A stretch of 64,000 nt of DNA. It comes from a virus. The position numbers and the translations under genes are program-made. The notes under the pieces were generated by a model. That model did not search any database, was not told the origin of the DNA, and worked only from the letters and a program-made list of their open reading frames with translations. The DNA is taken from the IMG/VR virus record IMGVR_UViG_3300036816_000007, positions 1 to 64,000 of that record; one strand, given 5' to 3'. Shown one piece after another: positions 8,342-17,560 of the stretch; the stretch's first letter is position 1; every line of letters begins with the position of its first letter.

Positions 8342-10195
8342 CTATTGAATTAGAGCGATAATCTTGCGGCTATCTCCGGCCGATCCTCCCTCTTTTGCGT
8401 AACCAATGACCCCAACATCTGTCTCTAACATAAGAGCAACAATGTTACCTACCTTTGCGACTTTTTCGCTGGGTATTTTGAATACATTTACAAATGGAGC
8501 GCTATTAGAAGCAAGCGCCAAGTAACTTCCGTCAGGAGTTATCGCTAATCGGTTTGCAGATTGGCTCTTTGCATCTCTTGAATCAGTAGCCCGGTACATC
8601 TGATCTCCTCGTTGGCTATATGTTAGAATGTCTGGACTGTTGTTAGACTGGACTAAAAATAATTTCATTTTGCTTGGATGATACACAGCATCCGATGATT
8701 GAACAGGAGTTTTAGTCTGAGTATCAGGAACTTTATTAAAAACGTCTCCAGCACGCTTATATGTTGTTAAAGTAGCTCCGCCGAAATGCGTAACCGTTAG
8801 ATAATTTTCGTCATATGAGAAATCAAGACCTCCACCTAGTCCAGGAGGAACTATAGAAGGGTCTGTAATCTTTGACAATACGTCACCTGAACGTTTGTAA
8901 ATCAAGATATACGGGGCTACTGTGTAAGAAATTGCTATGAATACACCCGAAGGTGAGATCGCAATATTTCTAGGTGCGCTAGAGAGCGGATTAACACTTG
9001 GGTCAGCCAGTTTTGTGAACGTATCACCAGTGCGCTTGTACACCATGAAGTAAGGTGCGACACTGAGTATCATGTAGATGTACGTCCCATCGTTAGCAGC
9101 GCGGAGGTATGCAATTGATCCGCCGGGTAACACTGTTGGGTCAGGTAACTTGGTAAACGTATCACCCGAACGCTTATAGATCATAAGGTAAGGCGCAACA
9201 CCAATCCCTACATAAAGGTAATCAGCGTTTGGAGAAAATGCTAAGGCGTTGGGTAATCCTCCAGGCAGAACGCTTGGATTTGCCAATTTAGTGAACACGT
9301 CGCCTGAGCGCTTGTATATCAACAGAAACGGAGTAGCATTCGATCCTACAACCATGTAATCGTTTGTCATAGCTATTCCGATGCTCGCCGCAGGAGGCGC
9401 TGTCGAGAGCGCGGGCAACAGTTCTATTGGCGGAGTATACATCCTCACCATATCCCCTTGTGCGATATCTTCACTGTAGGTGACGGTCACTTCCGTCTGA
9501 CCAGGTATTTTCACCTCCCCGCCGCCGCTATCTGCTAAAAAATCCGATCCTACTTTACGGAAGGTGTAGGGCTTCCCAACCAGTAGATCACCAGCTGCGT
9601 AGAAACTACCGTCCTGTTTTTTAAGTGGTGACGCACCTAATCCATTGATATTAAGCGTCGCTCCAGCGGCATTTGTTACGTGTGGCACAATCGTGATTCC
9701 AAATCCGTCCGGTAGCGCTGTAGGCGCAGGACTTAGCGTAGCGACATATGCCGATGCAGTTCCCGTAGTAACCGCGTATCCTGGCTGACGTATATAATTC
9801 GCAGTAACAGCGCTAATCTTTTCGTCGGTGTACGTGTTAGCACCGCCTAAAGCGTCGTCCGCGTATCCCTGCGCCCTGACGAGAGCATCCGCAATATTAG
9901 CGCGTCCCGCCTCGTAGTCATACGCGGTATGATTCCGCGCCGCCTGCGTTCCTGCCGCCCACCCTTTCGCTGTACCTTCGAATCCACGCGTACATCCAGT
10001 GAGCGTATTGCCCGTTTTCCCCGTATAGCGGATTGTCTCCGCAGTCTCATCGCTTCCCACCGTCACGAGGTTCGGAGCGGCCGGAAGCTTAGACGCATCC
10101 AGTACGTCAATACTCGTTGCGGATGCGTTAATATCTGCGGCGAGCTCCGTTCCCGGGGAATTAATCATCGCAGCGTACATCGGTAATTGCGCCAT
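8342..10195 (-). CDS. Tail fibre / receptor-binding protein with C-terminal 7-bladed beta-propeller
   Basis: N-terminal fibre-anchor motif (TIRYTGKTGNTLTGCTRGFEGTAKGWAAGT) and a shaft motif (LNINGLGASPLKKQDG). These are followed by seven ~48-aa repeats built around YKRSGD.F.K. Confidence 0.75.
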   Translation of the reverse strand: MAQLPMYAAMINSPGTELAADINASATSIDVLDASKLPAAPNLVTVGSDETAETIRYTGKTGNTLTGCTRGFEGTAKGWAAGTQAARNHTAYDYEAGRANIADALVRAQGYADDALGGANTYTDEKISAVTANYIRQPGYAVTTGTASAYVATLSPAPTALPDGFGITIVPHVTNAAGATLNINGLGASPLKKQDGSFYAAGDLLVGKPYTFRKVGSDFLADSGGGEVKIPGQTEVTVTYSEDIAQGDMVRMYTPPIELLPALSTAPPAASIGIAMTNDYMVVGSNATPFLLIYKRSGDVFTKLANPSVLPGGLPNALAFSPNADYLYVGIGVAPYLMIYKRSGDTFTKLPDPTVLPGGSIAYLRAANDGTYIYMILSVAPYFMVYKRTGDTFTKLADPSVNPLSSAPRNIAISPSGVFIAISYTVAPYILIYKRSGDVLSKITDPSIVPPGLGGGLDFSYDENYLTVTHFGGATLTTYKRAGDVFNKVPDTQTKTPVQSSDAVYHPSKMKLFLVQSNNSPDILTYSQRGDQMYRATDSRDAKSQSANRLAITPDGSYLALASNSAPFVNVFKIPSEKVAKVGNIVALMLETDVGVIGYAKEGGSAGDSRKIIALIQ

Positions 10196-10207
10196 CTAAT
10201 CGCCTCC

Positions 10208-10606
10208 TTAGTTCGTAAACTTAACGGATGTTCCGTCCTTGAGAAACCGCGGCTTATCGCCAGTTTGGATCGTACGCGGATTGTCTACCGCTTTGGACCA
10301 TAAAAGATCCCCGCCAGTCAACGCGCTTCTTAGCCCGATATGTGTAACGAGGCCCCAATCCGCAGTCGCCGTGGGAAACTCGATATCCGCCGCGTTTTTA
10401 ACCGTTTGATTGCCGCCTTCAAGCGTAGGGGCCGCGAAAGTAATCGGAATCCGTACGTAGCTGCCTCCGGTTACTTCCGAGCCTGTATCCGCCGGAGTGG
10501 GATCGGATTTATATAACGCGAGGTAAATCGTGGTGGGCGCGGTATATGGTACATTGCGCAACACATGGTTAAAGATAGCTGCCGATAGCTTATTCGAAAT
10601 GTTCAA
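10208..10606 (-). CDS. Conserved phage tail/fibre-associated protein of unknown function
   Basis: 132 aa, IYLALYKSDPTPADTGSEVTGGSYVRIPITF...WGLVTHIGLRSALTGGDLLW. I recall this pattern from phage tail modules but cannot name the family. Confidence 0.55.
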   Translation of the reverse strand: MNISNKLSAAIFNHVLRNVPYTAPTTIYLALYKSDPTPADTGSEVTGGSYVRIPITFAAPTLEGGNQTVKNAADIEFPTATADWGLVTHIGLRSALTGGDLLWSKAVDNPRTIQTGDKPRFLKDGTSVKFTN

Positions 10607-10617
10607 ACTAACGCCTC

Positions 10618-11160
10618 CTAAAGTGTGTATTCGTTCGTAATGCGGAACCCGCGAATCGTTGTCGTGCCCGTATTCGTCAGCGTAATAACCGGCTGTGCGT
10701 TAACATCGGCCGCCGAGTCAACCGTTATCGTTTCGGGCGATTTCGTAATCTCAACTTCCGTCACCTTTTCCGCGCCAGTCGGCCACGGATCGTTCATCTT
10801 GAGCGCGATATTAACTTCGCGACTACCGACAGCTCCGAGCGCAAGCGTCCCGTTATAAACCGCGCGGTAATACTTGCCGGGCATATCCGCAAACTCCAGC
10901 GTCAGCTCTCCGCGCTTGGCGTTAAATATCTGCGCGAGTTTCGCAAGTGTGGCGTGGAATTGCGCGCCTGGCGTCGTAATAAACAGCGTCATATCAATCG
11001 TGCGAGCTCCGTATGTGCTGCCGAAATCGAGCAATCCGTCCGTATCCGCGAGCTTCACGGTGTACTCGTCAGACTCCGGTAAAACAGGAAGACGCCGCTC
11101 AAGGAGAGCAGCGCCTATTGACGAAAGCCATACGTTATTCACTTTTACATCGTAGTTCAA
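10618..11160 (-). CDS. N-terminal part of distal tail protein (Dit)
   Basis: EFADMPGKYYRAVY and LKMNDPWPTG match SPP1 gp19.1 TFSDEPSRTYYGRY and FYCQDPLKYG. It stops after ITNEYTL, where normal Dit proteins continue. The start overlaps the TMP stop. Confidence 0.75.
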   Translation of the reverse strand: MNYDVKVNNVWLSSIGAALLERRLPVLPESDEYTVKLADTDGLLDFGSTYGARTIDMTLFITTPGAQFHATLAKLAQIFNAKRGELTLEFADMPGKYYRAVYNGTLALGAVGSREVNIALKMNDPWPTGAEKVTEVEITKSPETITVDSAADVNAQPVITLTNTGTTTIRGFRITNEYTL

Positions 11161-14100
11161 CGCGTTTTCACCCCCTGCGTTTGGAGACGTTGGGCAACGC
11201 GGGCACGCTCGTCATACATAGTCGCAACGTCCGCTTTATCCGCGAGTGTGACGTCGCTGACGGACATATCGAACTGGTTTATGACTTGCGTTGGTGCCGC
11301 CGCAGTTGTTTCGGAAGGACCGGTCGCAATCATCCGGAAGAGGTTGCCGATTTGCGCGTCATTCAGAATCATTTCACCAGCGTGCGCGATTACCGGTACA
11401 GCGGAACCCGGCGCGCCTTGAACAACTCCGCCGACTTTAAACTGCTGTAGCTTGCCGGTATCCTTGTCGATTCCGTAGAGATTACGCAATTCCTCGTTAC
11501 GGGCCGTCAGTCGCGCCATCTCTGCTGTATCGCCCGAAGCCTTAGCCGCTGCCCATGCGTCTTTGTTCGCGTTGTACTCCGTTAAGTCTCCGTTTGTACC
11601 AGCCGAAGGAACTCCGGTACTTAGCGTAGCCATCTTCGCGTTGTATTGCGTGACGAACGAGTCCAGTGACGCGAGGATCGTAGCGTTAGCTTCCGCGTTG
11701 GCATTCGTACGGAACTCCGAGATTGCCGCTTCGATAAACTTGACGTCGTCCGCGTGGTTATCGAACGCATCTTTCAGCGCATCGTACTGGCGCTGCGTCT
11801 CCGTTTTCTCATCGTCAAAGGCGGACAAACGCGTATCCTTCTCGTCCTGTAGCGCGGCCTTCTGCGATTCGAGATCCCGTTTGCGGAGTTCGCGGTCGTG
11901 CTCGAGCTCCATGCGCGCTACTTCTTTGATCAGGTCTTCGCGCTCCTGGATACCGTCCGGACCTACCGCGGAAGCCAGTAAGTCGATACGCGCCAGCTTC
12001 TCGGAACGTTGCGTCTCCCAATCCGCGTCGGAATTGAACTCGGCTTCCTTCGCAAGCAGTGCGTCAAGCGCCGCAATCTTCTCATCCTGCGCGGAGACAT
12101 ACGCCTTCTTGCGCTCCTCAATCGCAGCGAGATCGGCCTTTAGCGCGGCGTCTACGTTGGACTTCTCCGTCTTCAGGAGATTATCCGCGAGCTTCTGCGT
12201 TTCGGTAACGAGTTTCTTGCGCAGGTTATACAGTTGATCCTCCGCCTTCTCGTAATAGTCCGAATCCTTTTCGTGGCGATCACGAACACGCGTCCATGCG
12301 TCGATCTTCATCTGCGTGATTTCGAGTTCGGATTTGCCGGCGGTTTCCATACGGCGCTCTTCCTTACTGATCCACTTTTCGGAGGCAGAGTACGCGTCGG
12401 CTACCGCTTTCTCCTGCGCCTTGACGAGCTCTTTGCGCGCCTTGTAAAGCGACTCGTCCGCATCCTTATACTGATCGGAGTCCTTTTTATAGCGGTCACG
12501 TACGCGAGTGAGGGCGGCGATCTTCATTTCGGCGACGGCAACTTCGGATTTACCGGAATCTTGCATACGGCGCTCCTCTTTATCGATCCAGGTTACGGAA
12601 AAGTCATAGCGTGATTTAACGCTATCTTCCTGCAGGCGCTTGAGTTGCAAATTTAGTGTCCGCGCGTCTTCTACCGTTTCCTTGAGGTGCTGCGCGTGAG
12701 CTTTCCGCAACTTTTCGTATGCCTTAATCTGCTGATCCGCGGACCAATCGTACATGTCCGCTTGATAACGGATCGTGGCGAGGTCCGCGTTATACGCTTT
12801 TTCGCGGAGGTCTTTTGCGACTTCGGCTGCGGACTTCTCTTTCTTGGCTTTCGGGGTTTTCGCCTTCTTGCCTGCCGCTTTCTTCGTTTTGTCTTCCCGA
12901 AGGCTAATACCTGATCCGCTCTTTGCGGGAGCATAGGCAGCGCCAGAAGTTAGAGACTCTTTAGCACGCGCAATTTCCAACGCAGCTTGCTCCGCCTTAA
13001 CCTGCTTCTCGTACGCCTGATTAAGTTGCTCCTCCGCGCCCCCATTTGCGAACTTCTCAAACGATTTGTTGACACTAACTCCACCAACAGCAGTGACGTT
13101 TTTCGCAAAGGGAGCCGACTGTACGCCAGCAACTGCGCTCATAGCTTTCGCTAGACTCTCCAGGTTACTGATCTGCGCGGCAATAGACGCTTTGTTTGCG
13201 TTTGCCATCGCCTGCAGATTGTCTATATAAGCGTTAGCTGCCGCGGCAGATTGATCGATAAATGAACGTTCAGCCGCAATATGCTCTCCGATAATATCAA
13301 CGTTCTGAATGCGAATGCGGCCGGATTCATCCATTTTTGCGTTGAGATCCGGATATTGCTTACGTAACTGTTCCGTAGTATTAATGAGTTCTTGTTTCTG
13401 CGCGTCATCAAGTTTCTGCGCGGACGAGAGCTCGTTATACTTCGAAAGTAGCGCCTCCATCGATTCAACCTTACGGTACTTAGCAGCAAGGTCTGCGATC
13501 TCTGCCTCTTTCATTTGAAGTAGCGCCGGAGTAGATTCGTTTATCGCGTCGTTCATCATCGCTAACTTGCGGGTCGCATCCTCTACGCCGTCGTATCCCA
13601 TCGTCCGAAGCTTATCGTCCATGTCCGCCAACTCTTCGTTGATGTCGATCATCTCGTCGAGTAAAGCTGGAGTCCCCAGCCCTTGCTCCTGTAACGATTC
13701 AATCTCGTTTAGGCGAGACTGTAACTCGGCCCTTTCCGCAAGAACTGTATTAAGCTCCGTCGTCTGCTCCTGTAACTCCTGAACCTGTGCAACCGTTCGG
13801 TCCATTGGCGATTGAGCCAGCGTATTGTTTAACTGGCGCTGTGCCTCGTCATGTTTGCGCACGGCATCCGCAGCTTCGTTATTGCTTGAAATAAGTGCAG
13901 TAACTCCCGCTGCTACTAAGCCGAGTACGACAGATAGCGTAAGCAAAATCGGATTCGTCACCGTCAACAATTTAAACGCGAGTGATATCGCGCCAATAGC
14001 TGCGGCCAATCCCAGTCCAACAGTGGTCGCAGTCGTGAACGCTATGATTGCGTTCTGCAGGACCGGGTCCATATTGTTGAATCCGAGAAGTAGCGCGGAA

Positions 14101-15440
14101 ACACCCTCCGCAACACTCCGGATAACCGGCGCAAATTTATCACCTACCGTAATACCAACCGCCTCAAGCGCGGACTGTAACTCCTGAATCGCGCCGTTTA
14201 ACGTATCCATTTGCGTGTCTGCAATCTGCGCTGCCGTTCCTCCCGCGTTGTTCAACTCTTCCGTAAACGATTCGAGATCGGATTGCCCCGCCTTTATGAG
14301 CGTCAGGAATCCGGAAGCAGCCTCTTGGCCGGCGACGATGCTTGCGGCTTGGGCACGCTGCGCCTCCGTTAAGTTGCCGAACCCTTTTTCGAACTGTCCG
14401 ATAATATTCGCAAACGGGAGGAAGTTGCCGGCCGCATCCGTCACGCTGACTCCGAGTTGCTTCATGACATACGCGACTTCGTTCGTTGGACTTGCGAGCC
14501 TCAACATGATTGCGCGGAGTTGAGTACCGGCCATCTCGCCTTGAATACCCGCGTCGGACAATTTCGCAACGGCTGCGGATGCCTCTTCGATGCTGACACC
14601 GAGGTTTGCCGCGATCGGAGCGATGTACTTCATTCCCAGGCCCAACTGCTCAATGTTTGTGTTGGAGTTCGTCATTGTTTTAGCCATAACGTCGACTACG
14701 CTACTTGTTTCGCTGGCATCCAACTGGAAGCCCGTAAGGATATTCGATGCAATATCCGCAGTACGCGCGAGTTCCATCTGCCCCGCTGCTGCGAGGTTCA
14801 GTACGCCGGGCATCGCGGCCATAATTTCGTTTGTCTTAAATCCCGCCATTGCGAGGAAGCTCTGAGCATCAGCTGCTTGCCCCGACGTAAATACCGTTGT
14901 AGCTCCGAGGTCAATCGACTGCTGCCGTAGCTTCTCGAACTCTTCACCGGTCGCGCCTGTTATCGCCTTGACTTTCGCCATGGATTGCTCGAAAGTTGCC
15001 GCAGTTTGAACGGCCTTTGTGATAACAACAGCCATTGCTGCCCCAAGCGCACCGTACGCAAGTCCGAGCTGCTTAACTTCCGCGCTGACTCCGTTGGTTG
15101 CTTTCGCATTCCGCTCCATCTCGCCTGTTATCTTCGCAATCTCCGTACTACTTGCGCCAAGACGTTTCATCTCCGCGGATACCGCTTCGAGTTGTTTCCG
15201 CAATAGCTCCGGATTAGCCCTACGCAAGCTAGCGTTGATCTTCTCAATCTGCGCAGCGGAAGCGCCAACTTCGGATAGCCGCGTATTAAGCGCAGAAAAA
15301 GAAGAGGACGCCGATTTTCCGGCATCCCCGAGTTCCTTCGCTTTAGTTTTCGCGCGGTCAATCGCTTGATTATATCCGCTGACGTCCGCAGTAATCGTTG
15401 CGCGGATTCCTCCAACATCTACCGTACTAATCGCTATCAC
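11157..15440 (-). CDS. Tail tape measure protein
   Basis: 1427 aa. TP901-type core (FLAMAGFKTNEIMAAMPGVLNLAAAGQMELARTADIASNIL), hydrophobic central segment and long coiled coils. Confidence 0.95.
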   Translation of the reverse strand: MIAISTVDVGGIRATITADVSGYNQAIDRAKTKAKELGDAGKSASSSFSALNTRLSEVGASAAQIEKINASLRRANPELLRKQLEAVSAEMKRLGASSTEIAKITGEMERNAKATNGVSAEVKQLGLAYGALGAAMAVVITKAVQTAATFEQSMAKVKAITGATGEEFEKLRQQSIDLGATTVFTSGQAADAQSFLAMAGFKTNEIMAAMPGVLNLAAAGQMELARTADIASNILTGFQLDASETSSVVDVMAKTMTNSNTNIEQLGLGMKYIAPIAANLGVSIEEASAAVAKLSDAGIQGEMAGTQLRAIMLRLASPTNEVAYVMKQLGVSVTDAAGNFLPFANIIGQFEKGFGNLTEAQRAQAASIVAGQEAASGFLTLIKAGQSDLESFTEELNNAGGTAAQIADTQMDTLNGAIQELQSALEAVGITVGDKFAPVIRSVAEGVSALLLGFNNMDPVLQNAIIAFTTATTVGLGLAAAIGAISLAFKLLTVTNPILLTLSVVLGLVAAGVTALISSNNEAADAVRKHDEAQRQLNNTLAQSPMDRTVAQVQELQEQTTELNTVLAERAELQSRLNEIESLQEQGLGTPALLDEMIDINEELADMDDKLRTMGYDGVEDATRKLAMMNDAINESTPALLQMKEAEIADLAAKYRKVESMEALLSKYNELSSAQKLDDAQKQELINTTEQLRKQYPDLNAKMDESGRIRIQNVDIIGEHIAAERSFIDQSAAAANAYIDNLQAMANANKASIAAQISNLESLAKAMSAVAGVQSAPFAKNVTAVGGVSVNKSFEKFANGGAEEQLNQAYEKQVKAEQAALEIARAKESLTSGAAYAPAKSGSGISLREDKTKKAAGKKAKTPKAKKEKSAAEVAKDLREKAYNADLATIRYQADMYDWSADQQIKAYEKLRKAHAQHLKETVEDARTLNLQLKRLQEDSVKSRYDFSVTWIDKEERRMQDSGKSEVAVAEMKIAALTRVRDRYKKDSDQYKDADESLYKARKELVKAQEKAVADAYSASEKWISKEERRMETAGKSELEITQMKIDAWTRVRDRHEKDSDYYEKAEDQLYNLRKKLVTETQKLADNLLKTEKSNVDAALKADLAAIEERKKAYVSAQDEKIAALDALLAKEAEFNSDADWETQRSEKLARIDLLASAVGPDGIQEREDLIKEVARMELEHDRELRKRDLESQKAALQDEKDTRLSAFDDEKTETQRQYDALKDAFDNHADDVKFIEAAISEFRTNANAEANATILASLDSFVTQYNAKMATLSTGVPSAGTNGDLTEYNANKDAWAAAKASGDTAEMARLTARNEELRNLYGIDKDTGKLQQFKVGGVVQGAPGSAVPVIAHAGEMILNDAQIGNLFRMIATGPSETTAAAPTQVINQFDMSVSDVTLADKADVATMYDERARVAQRLQTQGVKTR
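12159..12590 (-). repeat. Tandem 216-nt (72-aa) duplication inside the tape measure gene
   Basis: WIDKEERRMQDSGKSEVAVAEMKIAALTRVRDRYKKDSDQYKDA... is followed by WISKEERRMETAGKSELEITQMKIDAWTRVRDRHEKDSDYYEKA... Confidence 0.8.
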
Positions 15441-15446
15441 CTCTCC

Positions 15447-15809
15447 TTATCGTCCGTGCCGTAGCTGCCTCCGCATGGCTTCGAATCCTGATTCGTCAAA
15501 CTCCGCTTTAGCTGCGGTATTAAAGCCGGCCCGTTCTCGCAAGCTGCCTACGAGTTTCTTCATGTCGTCGCCGGTCGAGTGCTGAACAGATAGTGACGTA
15601 AGCCAGTCCTCCGCATCGACTTTCCGCTTAGATTCGAGCGCGGTAAAAATGTCCATGACGAAATAGCCCGTTTCGAACTCAACTTGCGTCTTGCCGAGAC
15701 GAACCGCGCACTCTATGAAAAACTCGTCAATTGTTACTCTGCGTTCGGCGCGTCCGGAGTCTGTTTCGCTACTACTCCCGCCAGGTTCAGGACGCCTCGC
15801 CCGTTTTTT
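15447..15809 (-). CDS. -1 frameshift extension of the tail chaperone (gpGT-like fusion product)
   Basis: The -1 frame is open from the slippery heptamer to the stop at 15447: KKRARRPEPGGSSSETDSGRAERRVTIDEFFIECAVRLGKTQVEFETGYFVMDIF... Confidence 0.7.
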   Translation of the reverse strand, partial: KKRARRPEPGGSSSETDSGRAERRVTIDEFFIECAVRLGKTQVEFETGYFVMDIFTALESKRKVDAEDWLTSLSVQHSTGDDMKKLVGSLRERAGFNTAAKAEFDESGFEAMRRQLRHGR

Positions 15810-16129
15810 AACAGTTCACCGAAGTTATTCTCTTTCGCCACCGCGCCGTAGAACGCAATCAATTCGTCAATGGACGCGTTCTTTTCGATGTGCTCCTCGT
15901 CAATGCCCGTCAGGACGGCCGTCACGCGCACGATATCGTCGAAGGATTCGCGGATTGCTGCAACGAAATAAGCCGCCTTGTCTCCGGGAGCAGCGGTCAT
16001 TACACTCACGATGAGTTGCGGTACTGCGTGGATGCTATCGAATAGGTCGCGCCATTGTGCAATCGTGATCTTGCGCGGAGTTACCGTCTTGCCACCGATC
16101 TTGTATTTGTTAGCGCCGATTAATCGCAA
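15734..16129 (-). CDS. Tail assembly chaperone (gpG-like)
   Basis: 131 aa, located between the major tail protein and the TMP. Contains the slippery site near its 3' end. Confidence 0.75.
   Translation of the reverse strand: MRLIGANKYKIGGKTVTPRKITIAQWRDLFDSIHAVPQLIVSVMTAAPGDKAAYFVAAIRESFDDIVRVTAVLTGIDEEHIEKNASIDELIAFYGAVAKENNFGELLKNGRGVLNLAGVVAKQTPDAPNAE
15803..15809 (-). promoter_or_regulatory. Programmed -1 ribosomal frameshift slippery heptamer A_AAA_AAC
   Basis: Minus strand reads ctg ttA AAA AAC ggg in the chaperone zero frame (X_XXY_YYZ). Confidence 0.7.
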
Positions 16130-16194
16130 TATTATCGCCTCCGTTAAAGTAAAAAGACGACTCCGAAGAGCCGCCCCGTATATTTGTCGCGCTA

Positions 16195-16725
16195 TTAAGG
16201 TGTTGCCGTGATTGTTTCGTCGCCCAACACCGCAACTACGCCGTCCTCGTCCGGAGTCGAACGCAGAGTAACGTTAGTGATCCGTTCGTTTTCGTTGTCA
16301 TACGCGTAGCTCAGGTCCGTCTCGGAGTACGCGAGTGGCAGCGTAACCCAGAAGTTCGGATCGTTGAGCTTCGCAAGCGGTTTGATTACGGCTTTCTTCG
16401 CGGTATCGATCAAGTTCATGCCGACGCCCGTTTTAATCTCGATCTTCGAATCCGTACCGTCAGTTACGACAGAGGCGCCGGTCATGATCTTCGGAATAAC
16501 GGTCAGCTCATACTCTGCGAACGGAATAGTAACGCTGCAGTTACGGCCCGTAATCCTTTTGCCGACGATTGTCTCGCCCGTTTGGTCCGTCAGTTGATCT
16601 CGGTAAGTCGTTTCGGTTGTGAACGATACACCACCGATCGTAGTTTCAAACGTTACCTTACTGACTCCGTCGCCATATTCGACGATAGCTGGGCCGAGCT
16701 CAATCTTGGAAAAGTTTTGTGCCAT
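16195..16725 (-). CDS. Major tail protein
   Basis: Start at the ATG at 16725, after GAGGAGGA. 176 aa and beta-rich. Position is upstream of the chaperones. The track ORF extension to 16875 lacks support. Confidence 0.75.
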   Translation of the reverse strand: MAQNFSKIELGPAIVEYGDGVSKVTFETTIGGVSFTTETTYRDQLTDQTGETIVGKRITGRNCSVTIPFAEYELTVIPKIMTGASVVTDGTDSKIEIKTGVGMNLIDTAKKAVIKPLAKLNDPNFWVTLPLAYSETDLSYAYDNENERITNVTLRSTPDEDGVVAVLGDETITATP

Positions 16726-16781
16726 TAATAGAATCCTCCTCGTATTTGGACAACAAAAAAGGCCGCCCACTAAGAGCTGCC

Positions 16782-17156
16782 TTAAATCGTTGTCAATGTG
16801 AAATTTAATGAATACATCGTGCGATCGTTCGCGTCCTTGCCGAGATATATCGGAGAGGACTGATTCGCGCGACATTTAACTACGCGGACAGTCCCGAAGT
16901 AAAACTCGCCCCTACTCGCCAGATCCTCGTATATCGCGTCAGCTATTTGCGTAGCCTTGGCCGATGATTTAGCGCGCACCAACACTTGAAACGCTGGCCT
17001 TCGCTTACTCGTCCACTCACTCGGTTCGTATCCGCCACTCATACGTACATATGCGCAGTCGTCCGGATTGCCTGACGCGAACTCGTTTGCAACGTAAGTA
17101 AACGGAACAGCTACGCGCAGATACGCAGTGATATCCGGCACTCCTAAAATCGCCAC
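16782..17156 (-). CDS. Putative tail terminator / tail-completion protein
   Basis: 124 aa. Position is between the gp10-like protein and the major tail protein. Assignment is by synteny. Confidence 0.5.
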   Translation of the reverse strand: MAILGVPDITAYLRVAVPFTYVANEFASGNPDDCAYVRMSGGYEPSEWTSKRRPAFQVLVRAKSSAKATQIADAIYEDLASRGEFYFGTVRVVKCRANQSSPIYLGKDANDRTMYSLNFTLTTI

Positions 17157-17560
17157 TATTCCGCCATCCCCTTCCGTATCGCATCCGCAATCATGCGTTG
17201 ATACTGCGCGGCATGCTGCGTTAACGGATCTTCGAGGTACTTCGGCTTGGTTCCGGGCGTAGTCGGATTCTTGAACGTATCCATTTCGTGGACTATTAAC
17301 GCATAGTTAACGCGATCCCCACTACTCCCCCGCTCAGTTGCGTTAAAGTAAACTTCGCCAGTTACTCCGGTCGGGCTTACGGTCACGCGCTTACCTGACG
17401 TCTCACGAAGCGTACCCTTGTCAAGCGGAGCCTCTTCGCGTGAAATACGCAATAATTCGTCGGTCGCGTCATGCATTCCGAGAACCGCAGCAGCCTGAAC
17501 GTTATCTTTCGAAAAGTCCAGCGCTTTAAAGAATCCGCCCATATCGAACTCAAGCGACAT
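17156..17560 (-). CDS. HK97 gp10-like head-tail joining protein
   Basis: EEAPLDKGTLRETS ... VNYALIVHEM resembles the gp10-family P.DTG.L and YA..VE motifs. Confidence 0.6.
   Translation of the reverse strand: MSLEFDMGGFFKALDFSKDNVQAAAVLGMHDATDELLRISREEAPLDKGTLRETSGKRVTVSPTGVTGEVYFNATERGSSGDRVNYALIVHEMDTFKNPTTPGTKPKYLEDPLTQHAAQYQRMIADAIRKGMAE

Noticed and set aside
11563-15369. Series of plus-strand ORFs (69-224 aa) inside the tape measure gene
   Set aside because: Their translations are Ser/Ala/Cys-rich and low in complexity, which is typical of the antisense frame of a coiled-coil gene. They have no SDs and lie fully inside a confident CDS.
16726-16875. N-terminal 50-codon extension of the major tail protein ORF (and the similar extension 41126..41287)
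   Set aside because: The extensions are Arg/Cys-rich, overlap the upstream gene or a hairpin, and lack SDs. Strong SDs precede the internal starts at 16725 and 41125.
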